IMG/VR virus record: IMGVR_UViG_3300045988_180666
Source: a virus
Lineage: Duplodnaviria > Heunggongvirae > Uroviricota > Caudoviricetes
Reading direction: 5' to 3' (one strand)
Length of the DNA: 31,872 nucleotides
The translations under genes and the position numbers were made by a program. The notes under the pieces are model-generated. The model was not told the DNA's origin. It ran no database searches and saw only the letters and a list, made by a program, of their open reading frames with translations. This document shows positions 1-9,720 of the stretch, in pieces (position 1 is the first letter of the stretch; every line of letters begins with the position of its first letter).

Positions 1-1363
1 CCGAAAGACCGCAAGGACCACCATAGTAAGCGTCAGCACCACGAAGGCAGACACGAAAACCGGATGTAGCACCAGACGTATTCCAGAAATAGCTAGTCCA
101 GTAGGTTGACTCGGATGCGCCCGTAGCGGTCGGGAAGTTCTCTAGATGCTCCATCGAGAGCGTCTTGATATAGCCTTCGCCCTTGGTCGGCGAGGTGCTG
201 TAAGCCACCATGCCATCGGTGGAACCTATCGTCCACGTGCCGTAGATGGACGGTGCCACGAGATGGGTCACGGAAGTGTCCTCGTTGCAACGCACCTGCT
301 CGTCATCCATGTGTCGCCACAATAAGCCGAAGCCATTTTTGTAGCCGAAGAAGGATGGTATCTTGGCGGTATAGACCACGGTGCCATCGTCTTTTTTGAC
401 CTCGTAGCTCGCCTCGCCGCAAGCGTCGCCAAGCTCGATGCCAGCCGACATCGGCACGACAGGGCGATAGCCGTTGTAACCACCCCAATCAGGCATCTGT
501 GTCACGCCAGCGCCGAGACCACCCTGGTAGAGACCGTTGGCATCTTTTTGGCTGTTGACGGCATCCTGGTCGTAGTGGGTGCCGAAGATGACCCCGAAGA
601 GCACGGAGATGGCAGAGGTGTGGCGCATGGTGGTGCAGAGCCAGCCTGTGCCGTTTTTGCGGGCAGCAGCACGCCAGTATTCGGTAGTCTGGTTGGTGGC
701 AGCCTTGCCCAGCATGGTGCGGTTGGTGTTATCTAACGTGGAGTCGTTGTTGCCGCCTCGGTAGTTTGTGCCCTCGTTGATGTAGCTCACCAGCTTGCCT
801 GTGCTGCGCTCTAGCGTGGCGAAGCCAGCGGCGGAGATGCTGCCCACAGGTATCTTGTAATTGTACTCGCCTGGTATCGGCGTAGGGCTGACCATCTCGT
901 AATGGAGTCTGCCCACGGTCTTGATGACCATGTACCACTCCTTGCCCCAGCCCCACTGGTAGTGCCCCTCTGAGCCATCGAGCTTGGCTGTCTCGCCGGT
1001 GGCATACTTGTGGTGGTCTTTGGAGTCGAGCTTGCGACGGGAGTGGTCATTCTTGACCAGATAACAGCCCAGACCCAGCTCCGTTGGTAGGGTCTGCAGT
1101 AACTCTAGCGAGCCCACATAAGTGGCGGCTTTAGGGGTTGCATTGTCGAGGTTCCACACTCGACCACACCAAGGATGCTGTCCCATTTGGACGGCGCTTT
1201 TGAGCGACATCTGCTCAGACCTGCCGGATTTTTTGTCGAAGACCTCGACAATCTTGTCAGTGGCGCTCATGTCTGACTGTGGGAGGTCGTCAACCTGTTG
1301 ACCTCCATCGAAAGCGGCTATGATAGCCTTGAGCTTACTCTCTTCTTCTGATGTTAATGCCAT
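1..1363 (-). CDS. phage tail-associated structural protein, partial (start in window, 3' end beyond left edge)
   Basis: Hand translation of the minus strand. ATG at 1363-1361 (MALTSEEESKLKAIIAAFDGGQQVDDLPQ...) stays open to the window edge (...TSGFRVCLRGADAYYGGPCGLS). It is missing from the ORF track only because no stop lies in the window. It is the last gene of the tail-fibre string; function is inferred from position only. Confidence 0.6.
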   Translation of the reverse strand, partial: MALTSEEESKLKAIIAAFDGGQQVDDLPQSDMSATDKIVEVFDKKSGRSEQMSLKSAVQMGQHPWCGRVWNLDNATPKAATYVGSLELLQTLPTELGLGCYLVKNDHSRRKLDSKDHHKYATGETAKLDGSEGHYQWGWGKEWYMVIKTVGRLHYEMVSPTPIPGEYNYKIPVGSISAAGFATLERSTGKLVSYINEGTNYRGGNNDSTLDNTNRTMLGKAATNQTTEYWRAAARKNGTGWLCTTMRHTSAISVLFGVIFGTHYDQDAVNSQKDANGLYQGGLGAGVTQMPDWGGYNGYRPVVPMSAGIELGDACGEASYEVKKDDGTVVYTAKIPSFFGYKNGFGLLWRHMDDEQVRCNEDTSVTHLVAPSIYGTWTIGSTDGMVAYSTSPTKGEGYIKTLSMEHLENFPTATGASESTYWTSYFWNTSGATSGFRVCLRGADAYYGGPCGLS

Positions 1364-1385
1364 AATAAAAATTATATTTAATCGA

Positions 1386-2150
1386 TTAAACAATGCGTAA
1401 TTTATCACCAACTTTTCTAAGCTTGCCCGATGCCGACAGGCGAAGGCGAGGCTGGCGCACGGTGATGCTGACCTCTTGCCAGAGCGGTGTGTTGGCGGTG
1501 GGGATGACCCAGAACTTGGTGGTGCCCTCGCCCTTGATGATGAGGTTGCCGCTTGGGTCTGCCACGAGCGAGTCGCCCTCGGCTCGCTGGAAGAGCACGC
1601 TCTGAGGGAGGTAGCTCGGCAGGATCTGCACGGCGATGCGCAGAGCCACCTTGTTGCGTAGGCTTATCTCGGGGAGATAGGTCAGGTTCATGCGAGCTGG
1701 CGCGATGAAGCCTGTGGTTATCTGAGCGGCGAGACCATCCATCTGCGCTATCTTGGCATCGGCTCGCTTGGATGCCGCGTCAGCCTCTGCAGCCTTGGTC
1801 TCTGCCAAGGCTGCCTGTGATGCTGCAGCCTCGCCCTGCTCGCCAGCCGCCTTGGCTGCGCTCTGGGCGAGGTTAGCCGCCTTGTTGGCATCGTCGGCCG
1901 CACCCTGCGCTCTGACGGTCGGTGTCTTGTCGAGCCACAAGCGCCACTTGGCGTTGGTATCTGAAGGAGTCGTCGTGTTGCCATCCTCTAGGGAGGCGAA
2001 GACTCCTGACGATGTGTGAACGATGTCGCCCTCGTCGTAGCCCTTGACGGTCTGGCCATCCTCATCTTGATAGGAGTAGCCCGACTGCCAGGTGCCCTGG
2101 TCGGTGAAGGCGACATTGCCCACGATAATGATGTTTGTGTTATCTGCCAT
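1386..2150 (-). CDS. tail fibre-like protein with Ala-rich coiled coil
   Basis: 254 aa with ATG at 2150. The central segment AANLAQSAAKAAGEQGEAAASQAALAETKAAEADAASKRADAKIAQ is flanked by beta-rich ends. Tightly packed with neighbouring tail genes. Confidence 0.6.
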   Translation of the reverse strand: MADNTNIIIVGNVAFTDQGTWQSGYSYQDEDGQTVKGYDEGDIVHTSSGVFASLEDGNTTTPSDTNAKWRLWLDKTPTVRAQGAADDANKAANLAQSAAKAAGEQGEAAASQAALAETKAAEADAASKRADAKIAQMDGLAAQITTGFIAPARMNLTYLPEISLRNKVALRIAVQILPSYLPQSVLFQRAEGDSLVADPSGNLIIKGEGTTKFWVIPTANTPLWQEVSITVRQPRLRLSASGKLRKVGDKLRIV

Positions 2151-2156
2151 AATGAT

Positions 2157-2999
2157 TTATACTTTAATGACTAACTTGTTTCTGCGCTTGACAACGTGTT
2201 CAGCGACATGACTGCCGTAGTCGATCATGAGGAGTTTGTTGCGCCGTTGACGGAACGCCGGATACATGGCACCGCCTCGGGCGATGACTCCTGTATCGAC
2301 ATAGGTGTGCTTGGAGAGATCCCACTGCCACCAGTTGCCGTTGTCGCCCATCTTGGGTGGATGGTCGTTGAGCTCCTGGGCTAGGTTGGTCTGCTTCTCG
2401 CTCTCGGTGAGGGCTGTGAGCGTATCATCGATGCGCTTGTTCTCGGCGGTGACACGACCCGCCTCGGCGGCTATGCGAGCATTTTCGGCTGTCGCTCGCT
2501 TGATCTCTGAATCCATGCGAGCTTGCTCTTGGGACTGTCGGGTCTGCTCGGCAGCTTGTCTCTTGGCCTCGTTGCTCTCAATGGCAGCCTTGGAAGAGAG
2601 CGTGGCTTCGGTCGCCTGTTTGGCAGCCTCGGTCTGCGACTTGCTGGCACTGACCGCATCCTCTACCTTTTTGCGTTCGGCGGTGAGGTCAGTTGTCGCC
2701 TTGTTGACGCTAGCCGCCGCATCGTTGGCTTTGCCAGCTGCGGTGTTGGCCTCCTCTGTCGCCTGTTTCGCCTCCTCGATGCGGATATCCACATCTTTAG
2801 TCAAGAGTGACAGCGGTGCGATGACTTGCTTTTGCACACCGTCTTTGCTGTAGAGGGCGGGCATCGTACTGATGCCATCGAGCGAGGTGGCGAGCTCGCA
2901 AGAGAAGATGTTCTTGCTGTGCCGCTGTAGATATTCGTTGAACTTAGGTAAGAGCCGGGCGCATAGCGCCTCGAACTCTGTGTCATTCTCTATGCCCAT
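2157..2999 (-). CDS. tail fibre-like coiled-coil protein
   Basis: 280 aa with ATG at 2999. A long A/E/K/T-rich helical stretch (EEAKQATEEANTAAGKANDAAASVNKATTDL...RIAAEAGRVTAENKRIDD) is followed by a W-rich globular C-terminus. Confidence 0.6.
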   Translation of the reverse strand: MGIENDTEFEALCARLLPKFNEYLQRHSKNIFSCELATSLDGISTMPALYSKDGVQKQVIAPLSLLTKDVDIRIEEAKQATEEANTAAGKANDAAASVNKATTDLTAERKKVEDAVSASKSQTEAAKQATEATLSSKAAIESNEAKRQAAEQTRQSQEQARMDSEIKRATAENARIAAEAGRVTAENKRIDDTLTALTESEKQTNLAQELNDHPPKMGDNGNWWQWDLSKHTYVDTGVIARGGAMYPAFRQRRNKLLMIDYGSHVAEHVVKRRNKLVIKV

Positions 3000-3002
3000 A
3001 GG

Positions 3003-3299
3003 CTATGATTTTAAGATGTCCTGTTTCCACTCGGCAATCTTGGCGAAGACAGCCCCTGCCTCTTCATCGCTCAGCACGGCAGTGTTGATGCGACATGAGA
3101 GGTTGGTATCCATAAAGCTGATGTATCCAGCACCGCTCTCGGAGGCTGGTGCATCATCTTTGGACTCTGTACGTTTATAGACCTCACCGGAAAAAGAGAC
3201 CTTGTCATCTCGCTTTGTCTTGGTGAACTTGACGAAAACGCCTGTAACAACCTCAATCTCCTGGATGTCGGTTGTCGTAACTGTTGACTCTACCTTCAT
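3003..3299 (-). CDS. hypothetical phage protein (tail module)
   Basis: 98 aa with an ATG start. Gaps of 2-3 nt to both neighbours and same strand as the operon. Confidence 0.55.
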   Translation of the reverse strand: MKVESTVTTTDIQEIEVVTGVFVKFTKTKRDDKVSFSGEVYKRTESKDDAPASESGAGYISFMDTNLSCRINTAVLSDEEAGAVFAKIAEWKQDILKS

Positions 3300-3301
3300 A
3301 A

Positions 3302-3604
3302 TTAATCTTGCTCTATTAGTTTAACAATCTGACAATATACCCCTGGCACCAAGGAAGCCTTGGCGACCTCTTTGATCATGGTTAAGTCTTCGGTCGTACA
3401 CTCGACCTCACTTGGTTTAGTGTGCATCTGCACACTCAGGTTGTAGGCTCTCTTAAGAGACTCATCATCAGCCTTGACGCTGTTATTGCTTCCGTTGAAC
3501 AGATGAAGTCCGAGCACCTCATTCATCATCTGAGGCTGTCCGTTGCTGTCTGTCATCACCCCGCCCCTGTAGTTACGGATGGCGACCTTAAAATTTCTTT
3601 TCAT
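3302..3604 (-). CDS. hypothetical phage protein (tail module)
   Basis: 100 aa with ATG at 3604. Packed between the large tail gene and 3003..3299. Confidence 0.55.
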   Translation of the reverse strand: MKRNFKVAIRNYRGGVMTDSNGQPQMMNEVLGLHLFNGSNNSVKADDESLKRAYNLSVQMHTKPSEVECTTEDLTMIKEVAKASLVPGVYCQIVKLIEQD

Positions 3605-3622
3605 ATCTGTCTAAGTTTAAAA

Positions 3623-6600
3623 TTAATATGCGTGGTTCAGCTTGCGCGCTGTGTATTTGGTCGTGTAGTCACTCACCTTGTTGCCCATGGTTGAGTTATA
3701 GACCAGCAGGAACGTCGCACTGTCGCCCTGTCCCATCTCTATGTAATCTTTGTTGCCGCAGTTCTCATCGAGAATCAAAGGTAACTCCTCTTTGTTCCAT
3801 GCGTAGGAATCGCTTTTGTCTTTGATCTTGTTGCGCCCATAAATGAAGAAGTTTGTCGTGCCTGGCTCAGCGACCACCGTAAATGTCACGGCGAAGTTGG
3901 TAGATGAGCCACAGCCTAATGCGCTGCGCACCTCAGACAGTGTTGGCAGCGTTATGCCGCTTGACGAGACGTAGCTGTAGATGAGCCAGACGTTATTCTC
4001 AGAAATCTTGGCATAGCCATTATAGATGGTGTTTTTTGTGCTAAGCGCATATCTGCTATACTTATATCCACCTATCCATCCATTGAGTACGCCATTGCCA
4101 GCACCTGTGAAAGCAAAATTATAGGCACCGTTTTTAGCCGAGAGTATGGCTGCGATATTGTAACCAAGCCCCCACCAGTCGCTGCTGTCCTCATTTTCGA
4201 ATCGAGCCACCGCACGCTGTCCTGATGACGCTGGTAGTACGTTGCCACCGATGCCCGCAAAGCATTTATGGGTATCGTTGCGAAATATGATGTATGCATC
4301 ATTGGTAAATGGGTCGTTTGTCAGACCCGTGCCCTGGATAGTGAATCCAGCGATCTTGCCCGCCAATGCCTCCATGGAGCCATCTTTGTTGATTTTGAAA
4401 TTGCTGTTGGCCGTGACCACACCGTTAAGGTTGATTTGGTCTGCCGTGATGGTGGCAGAGGAGATGCCGTTGGCAATCATTGTCTTGATGGTAGCCTCGG
4501 ATAGAATCTTGCCATCGACACCCTCGATTTTTGTAGTCAGCGCATTGTAGTCTGCCGTCACAAGCAAGCCACCTTTGTTTTTGAGCGTGCCATCGGCATT
4601 GAATCGCTCGCTCATCAGGGCGTTGTAGTCAGCGGTGGTGATAAGATAGCTCGTATCTTTGAGCTTGCCATTGGCATCGAAACGAGCAACTGCCGAAGAC
4701 CACGAATCGGCGTTTTGACTGACTAACGATATAGTCGGACCATAATCGTTGCGTATGTCTGAGCCTACGCTGTCGGCGTGTCTCCTGGCTTCGGCAACGG
4801 AACTGTTGAGGGCATTGTAGTTGTCAGACATAGTCCCTTGCAAAGTGTTTTTGGCTGCATTCAGCTCGTCTTTTGTCGCAGCCTTGCCCACCGTGGTATT
4901 GATGCCATTGACCGTTATCTTTAACTCAGCGAGTGCCGCCTTGGTGCCGTTGGCAGTATTGGTGACGCTCTCGACACGTGCAGTGATGCTGTCGATGTCG
5001 GTGTAGATGCCAGAAATTTTCTCGTTTGTGCTATCCTGCCAGGTGTTGATGAGGTCGATGCGACCTGCCTCTATCTCTATTCTTGACGAGAGTGTTGTGT
5101 TGAGTTCGCCGTATCTCTTATCGACATATAGGCGTATTGCCTCTTTCTCAGCGTCCAGCTCGATGCCGAGCTGAGTTGTGGTACCATTGACCTTGTCGAT
5201 GTTTTGTCCCAGCAGCTTGATGTTTTTGGCCGTCTGAAGTATTTGTGTCGAGACGGTCTTGCTCAGGTTGTCGAGCGGCTCGTCGGTGATGGTGAGCAGC
5301 GCGACGTAGATGTCTCCTGTATATCGGAGCACGAAGTCGCCGGTGCCATTCCACTTGCCATTTAGCTCTACCGTCTGCCACTCTGCCGAGTATGGCACGC
5401 TGACGCTCTGGGCTGACAGGTCGTTGGTCTTGCCTTCGACAGCCTTGCAACCCTCGAAGCCAAAGGTGAGGGTGCCAGCAGTCTTGGCGTAGATGCGAGC
5501 ACTTATATATAAGGTGTCTTGCACCTCGGTGTAGTCATCGCCAGTGGTGTTCATGCCATCCTCGCCTTTTTCTGCCGATGGCTGGGTATATTCCTTGTGG
5601 GTACCGGGTTTGCGGATGAGATCATTGGCTTGTTTGATGCCGCTGTCCTGTATGTGCAGCATGTTGCGACCCTCGTTGTTGTCGATGCTCACTCGGTGGT
5701 TGCCACTCACGGTGGCGGCACCATTGACCATGACAGGTAAGCCATTGGCATCGACCCAGAACTGGGACTCGTCTGTATCGTCGATGGTCCAGCCATCAAT
5801 GAGCTGCTCATCGTTATAGCCTATCGCCGTCAGAAACTGACCGTTATGGAGGTAGTTGTTCTCCTCTGTCGCCTCGTAGGAGGTCTGTGCGAAGCGGGTG
5901 GCGAACTGGTTCTGCAGCATCTGTATTTTGGTGTCGATGCTCTCACCTGTGCGGCGGAGCACGAAGTCGCCCGTGGCGTAGAGGTTCTGCAGGAACTCAC
6001 CGAAGCCTGATAGTGCACCGAAGAGTGGATGGGTGATGCCCCGTAAGTTGCCGAGGCGACCTTTGAGCGCATTGTCTGGGTCTGTCTTGAGACCATAGAT
6101 GATGTCCATGTAGGGCGTATCGCTGCCCACAGTCATCATCTGTATGATGCCCTTGCGGTCGGGGTCGGTGAGGTTGTCGACCCTAACAAAAGTGTCTCGC
6201 TTGGTGATGAGCTGCTCTGCGGTGGCACCCTCCATCGATGAGGTGAAGTTCTTGAACTTGACCCATGCTAGCATATCCTCGCCACTGCCCTCGCTGCCCA
6301 CCTCTGTCACGATAAGCTCGTATCGCTTGGTGACATAGTGATTGTTTTCGGTGGAGGGCATGCCATTGTACTGCTGCACCATCACGTAGTCATCCTTGCG
6401 GAATGGGTTGTACATCCTGCCCTCGTGGGTGTCGAGATAGACCCTGCCTGTCTCTGGATCGTAGTGGTCAACCTCTAGCATCGCCGTGAAGATGCGGTTG
6501 TCATTCTCGCCCAAGAGTTGGGAGATAATCATCTCGAAGATGCGCATGGTACCACGCACGATGAGATTATCGAGCTCTAGACCATACCTATTCTCTTGCA

Positions 6601-7102
6601 CCCCGGCAGCGTTGGTCGTGGGGTTGTTGGCGAGTCGCCAGCCCTTGCCATCGAGGAAGCCCGAGACGAAGTCGGGAGAGCCTATGGTATCGTCAAAACG
6701 AGCAGCGCCCTTGACGTGCAGCGCACTGACTGTCGCCAAGCCCCACGCCAGGATCTCTTCGATGCAAAGCTTGTAACCCCCATTCTCTTTTGTGGCGAGG
6801 CAGAAGCCTTTTTGACCAGCCTCGGAGTAGTCATCAGTGGCGATGGAGTGGGCGATGATGTCGCCCTCTTTGGAGAAAGAAAAGAGGTTGCCTATCTTGA
6901 TGCCCTTGAGAAAGGTGATGAGCCCATGGGCTGTATCGTCGTTGATGGCGGAGAGTTTATCGTTGTCAGCAGAGGAAGCATAGTCGAGCAGGGACAGGAA
7001 GGCGTTGCCAATGCGGCTTGCCGTATTGGCGTGCTTGACTCTCTCGTCACGGATGCCCTCGAAAGCCTCTCTGATTTTGTTGATGTCTTTATTTTCTGCC
7101 AT
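3623..7102 (-). CDS. large tail fibre / tail spike-like structural protein
   Basis: 1159 aa, the longest ORF in the window, with ATG at 7102 and a -7 promoter box just upstream. The central coiled-coil region carries an internal duplication (TTADYNALMSERF... / VTADYNALTTKIEG...). The C-terminal part is beta-rich. Confidence 0.7.
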   Translation of the reverse strand: MAENKDINKIREAFEGIRDERVKHANTASRIGNAFLSLLDYASSADNDKLSAINDDTAHGLITFLKGIKIGNLFSFSKEGDIIAHSIATDDYSEAGQKGFCLATKENGGYKLCIEEILAWGLATVSALHVKGAARFDDTIGSPDFVSGFLDGKGWRLANNPTTNAAGVQENRYGLELDNLIVRGTMRIFEMIISQLLGENDNRIFTAMLEVDHYDPETGRVYLDTHEGRMYNPFRKDDYVMVQQYNGMPSTENNHYVTKRYELIVTEVGSEGSGEDMLAWVKFKNFTSSMEGATAEQLITKRDTFVRVDNLTDPDRKGIIQMMTVGSDTPYMDIIYGLKTDPDNALKGRLGNLRGITHPLFGALSGFGEFLQNLYATGDFVLRRTGESIDTKIQMLQNQFATRFAQTSYEATEENNYLHNGQFLTAIGYNDEQLIDGWTIDDTDESQFWVDANGLPVMVNGAATVSGNHRVSIDNNEGRNMLHIQDSGIKQANDLIRKPGTHKEYTQPSAEKGEDGMNTTGDDYTEVQDTLYISARIYAKTAGTLTFGFEGCKAVEGKTNDLSAQSVSVPYSAEWQTVELNGKWNGTGDFVLRYTGDIYVALLTITDEPLDNLSKTVSTQILQTAKNIKLLGQNIDKVNGTTTQLGIELDAEKEAIRLYVDKRYGELNTTLSSRIEIEAGRIDLINTWQDSTNEKISGIYTDIDSITARVESVTNTANGTKAALAELKITVNGINTTVGKAATKDELNAAKNTLQGTMSDNYNALNSSVAEARRHADSVGSDIRNDYGPTISLVSQNADSWSSAVARFDANGKLKDTSYLITTADYNALMSERFNADGTLKNKGGLLVTADYNALTTKIEGVDGKILSEATIKTMIANGISSATITADQINLNGVVTANSNFKINKDGSMEALAGKIAGFTIQGTGLTNDPFTNDAYIIFRNDTHKCFAGIGGNVLPASSGQRAVARFENEDSSDWWGLGYNIAAILSAKNGAYNFAFTGAGNGVLNGWIGGYKYSRYALSTKNTIYNGYAKISENNVWLIYSYVSSSGITLPTLSEVRSALGCGSSTNFAVTFTVVAEPGTTNFFIYGRNKIKDKSDSYAWNKEELPLILDENCGNKDYIEMGQGDSATFLLVYNSTMGNKVSDYTTKYTARKLNHAY

Positions 7103-7118
7103 ATTTTTTATTTTGATG

Positions 7119-7126
7119 CAAAGATA
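7119..7126 (-). promoter_or_regulatory. Bacteroides-type -7 box (TATCTTTG on minus strand) for the large tail gene
   Basis: Plus-strand GCAAAGATA lies 17 nt upstream of the ATG at 7102. No clear -33 TTTG. Confidence 0.5.
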
Positions 7127-7154
7127 GGTATGATGAGAACTATATAAAAATACG

Positions 7155-7613
7155 CTAGATCGGTGTGCCGAACATCTGCTTGAAGATGTCTGCCATCAGT
7201 CCCTGGTACTCATCGCCATAGAAGTAGCCCTCCATGTCGTTGAGCTTCATGATGGAGGCGTAGTACTTGCGATTGAACCATGGACGGCGCTGTCGTGGCT
7301 CGCCGAGGTTGTGCTTGGCACGGTACTCAGGGTCGAGGAACTCTAGGTCGCCGGGGTTGCCATGGTAATAGCCATTGCCTGTGCCCGTCTCTTGGTAGAG
7401 ACCGTAGAGCAGGAACTTGTGGGCTATCTGGCGAGAGGAACCGCCAAAGGATGTGGCTTGGACAGAGCTGAAGAGGGCACCGGTATGTCGGATGCGATAG
7501 TGGATGATTTTCTCTTTCCAGATATGCACCATCTCCTCTGCCCATCCTCGCTCGTAGGCGTAGATGTCCTCTTGTGAGACGGGTTGCTTGATGTCATTCG
7601 TTCCATTCCTCAT
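7155..7613 (-). CDS. phage virion protein, possible head-tail joining / tail completion component
   Basis: 152 aa with an ATG start. The motif RHTGALFSS recalls the TG.L..S motif of HK97 gp10-like proteins, but this is recollection only. The position between the portal side and the tail genes fits. Confidence 0.5.
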   Translation of the reverse strand: MRNGTNDIKQPVSQEDIYAYERGWAEEMVHIWKEKIIHYRIRHTGALFSSVQATSFGGSSRQIAHKFLLYGLYQETGTGNGYYHGNPGDLEFLDPEYRAKHNLGEPRQRRPWFNRKYYASIMKLNDMEGYFYGDEYQGLMADIFKQMFGTPI

Positions 7614-8124
7614 AATTATACTCCAGGTCTAGTGGCTCGCTCACGTCAAGATGGAACTCGACGCCTGTGAGACCGTTGATGAAATAGGCACCTATCTCTC
7701 GGCTGTCTATCTGGTCGCTGAGGGTGTAGGTGTTATAGTTGTCTTGCCAGTTGTATTTGTCGATGACAATCTTGCTCAGGAACTGTCGGAATATCTTGCG
7801 GCAGGTGTTGAGCTTCTCTTGTCGGTCGTTCATGTCGAACTGTTTGTATCGCATGAGAATCCACACGGTATAGGTCATCACCTTGCGATAGCTGCCATCG
7901 CCGTTGATGGCGACGTTGCCCTCGTTGGTGTCGTCGATGACCACGAAGTTTTTGCTCTTCGCCATATTCTGTAGCATGCCCTCAAACGAGGCAGGGGTGC
8001 TGCAGGTGGTTGGAGTGAAGCCAAGCTCGGAGGTGAGCTTGTTTTGGCGGGTGAGGTCTCTAAAGTAAGAGAAGGCATCGAACCCCACCTGAGTGTCGGG
8101 AGTCTTAACATCTGTACTGATCAT
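7594..8124 (-). CDS. hypothetical phage virion protein
   Basis: 176 aa with ATG at 8124. 4-nt overlap with the upstream gene and 20-nt overlap with the downstream gene. Confidence 0.6.
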   Translation of the reverse strand: MISTDVKTPDTQVGFDAFSYFRDLTRQNKLTSELGFTPTTCSTPASFEGMLQNMAKSKNFVVIDDTNEGNVAINGDGSYRKVMTYTVWILMRYKQFDMNDRQEKLNTCRKIFRQFLSKIVIDKYNWQDNYNTYTLSDQIDSREIGAYFINGLTGVEFHLDVSEPLDLEYNYEEWNE

Positions 8125-8918
8125 GATTTTTGTTTTAATCGTTTGTCTAACTCGTCAGCCTCGCGAGCCTTGGCATCCAGTTCGGTGAGTGCTCGCCATA
8201 CGTCTGAGTCTCTAATCTGCCCTTCTTTGGTGATGTCGCCGCCCGTGAGGGCACGGATCTGGGCGTTCATCGCCTCTATCATATCGTAGTCGCCATCAGC
8301 TGAAGCTGGCTTGAAGAGGTGTGGAAAACTTGTGGAAAAGTTTTGCTTGACCCACATGAACCACAGGAAGGCACCCATCACCTCGACTGGCGTACACTCG
8401 ATATGTTCGGGTGGGTTGCCCTTGGCATCGAGATAGAGGTAGCGCATCATCTCTCTGAGCGGTGCGTCGCTCGACTGGTCTGACTGCAGAAACTGCTGGA
8501 AGTAGTTGTCGGCGATGAGGTAATGTTGAAATGGGTACTCGTGCAGCTCGATGTCGGCGGCTTGGAAAAGCCCGATATGATCGAGGCGGTTGTCTGCGCC
8601 CTTGCCGTCGAATATGTAGTCGAAGGCTTGGCAGAAGTCTTGCACTTGCCATAGCTGAAGGAAGAAGCGCACAGTCTTGCCACTGTCTAGCTGGGTTTGG
8701 CAGAGCCAGCCGTCTTTTTTCTCGTTGAGCACCTCGATGCCAGCGAAGCGAGCGAAGAGGTAGGTGCGCACCTGCCACTCTTGCCACCCTTGGGTGAGGA
8801 GGTAGAGCACGTAGCGCAGCTGGTCTTGGGTGAGCTCGCCCCAGGAGTGAGGCACGTGGAGGTTGAGCGTGCCGTCAGCCAGCAAAGAAGAAGGTTGTGT
8901 CGTCAGCATTGTTTTCAT
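8121..8918 (-). CDS. hypothetical phage protein
   Basis: 265 aa with ATG at 8918. Same operon, with 44-nt overlap with the upstream ORF. Confidence 0.6.
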   Translation of the reverse strand: MKTMLTTQPSSLLADGTLNLHVPHSWGELTQDQLRYVLYLLTQGWQEWQVRTYLFARFAGIEVLNEKKDGWLCQTQLDSGKTVRFFLQLWQVQDFCQAFDYIFDGKGADNRLDHIGLFQAADIELHEYPFQHYLIADNYFQQFLQSDQSSDAPLREMMRYLYLDAKGNPPEHIECTPVEVMGAFLWFMWVKQNFSTSFPHLFKPASADGDYDMIEAMNAQIRALTGGDITKEGQIRDSDVWRALTELDAKAREADELDKRLKQKS

Positions 8919-9720
8919 AAGCTATATTGTGGCTAGCCTTGTAGGCGGTGGAATCTCTATATTTGGCGAAGTCATCGATGTTATCGTCTATGAGGGAGAG
9001 TAGGCTGAAGAAGAGTTTGTCTCTCGCCCTGAGGTCGATGGAATCGCCGTTTTTTGTGATATGGCACCCGATGAAATCGTAGATGCGCATGATGGCGACC
9101 CGATGGGAGGTGGTCGGGAACTGAGCCTTGCGCTCCTCTTCGAGCAACTGGTCTATCTGTGCATCGGAGAGCTCTCGGCGCAGGAAGGTCTCGGCTTGGT
9201 CTATCTCGCCCTTGTGCGCCACGAGGTCATCGAAGGTAAGCTTGCCGGGGATGCCGCAGAACTTGTTGAGGATGTATGGCGACCAAATGAAGGAGCGGAT
9301 GGTGTTGAAGGCTTGCAAGCTGTCAGCCCAGCCCTCGACCTGTCGCAATCGGTTGATGACGTTGTGCTGGGCGTAGTCTCGCCTGTAGGCAAGCTCGTGC
9401 TCCATGGCATCGACACGAGCCTGTGAGGCTGGGGCGATGTTGTCGTTGGAGACCACCCCGAAGCCGTTGTCGGTCATGATGATGTCGTGGGAGTGGAGAC
9501 TATCGAGGAAGGTGGCCAGTATGACATAGTCTCTGGCGTAGCGCTGCAGGGGCGAGTCTTCGGTCGAGACCGCTTGCTCGGCATCTGCGCCCACGACGGT
9601 GGCGATAAGATCGTCAAAATGGTTCTCGAAGGATGGCTGCATCTTGGTGAAGACATCCTCGGAGGCTGCCGCCACGAATGGCAGCAGCTGCTCGAACTGG
9701 TTTATATCAATCTGTATCAT
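8875..9720 (-). CDS. hypothetical phage protein (possible head-tail adaptor)
   Basis: The track ORF is 8875..9762. The internal ATG at 9720 (MIQIDINQFEQLLPF...) is preferred because it overlaps the upstream gene by 14 nt rather than 56 nt. The start remains uncertain. Confidence 0.5.
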   Translation of the reverse strand: MIQIDINQFEQLLPFVAAASEDVFTKMQPSFENHFDDLIATVVGADAEQAVSTEDSPLQRYARDYVILATFLDSLHSHDIIMTDNGFGVVSNDNIAPASQARVDAMEHELAYRRDYAQHNVINRLRQVEGWADSLQAFNTIRSFIWSPYILNKFCGIPGKLTFDDLVAHKGEIDQAETFLRRELSDAQIDQLLEEERKAQFPTTSHRVAIMRIYDFIGCHITKNGDSIDLRARDKLFFSLLSLIDDNIDDFAKYRDSTAYKASHNIAYENNADDTTFFFAG

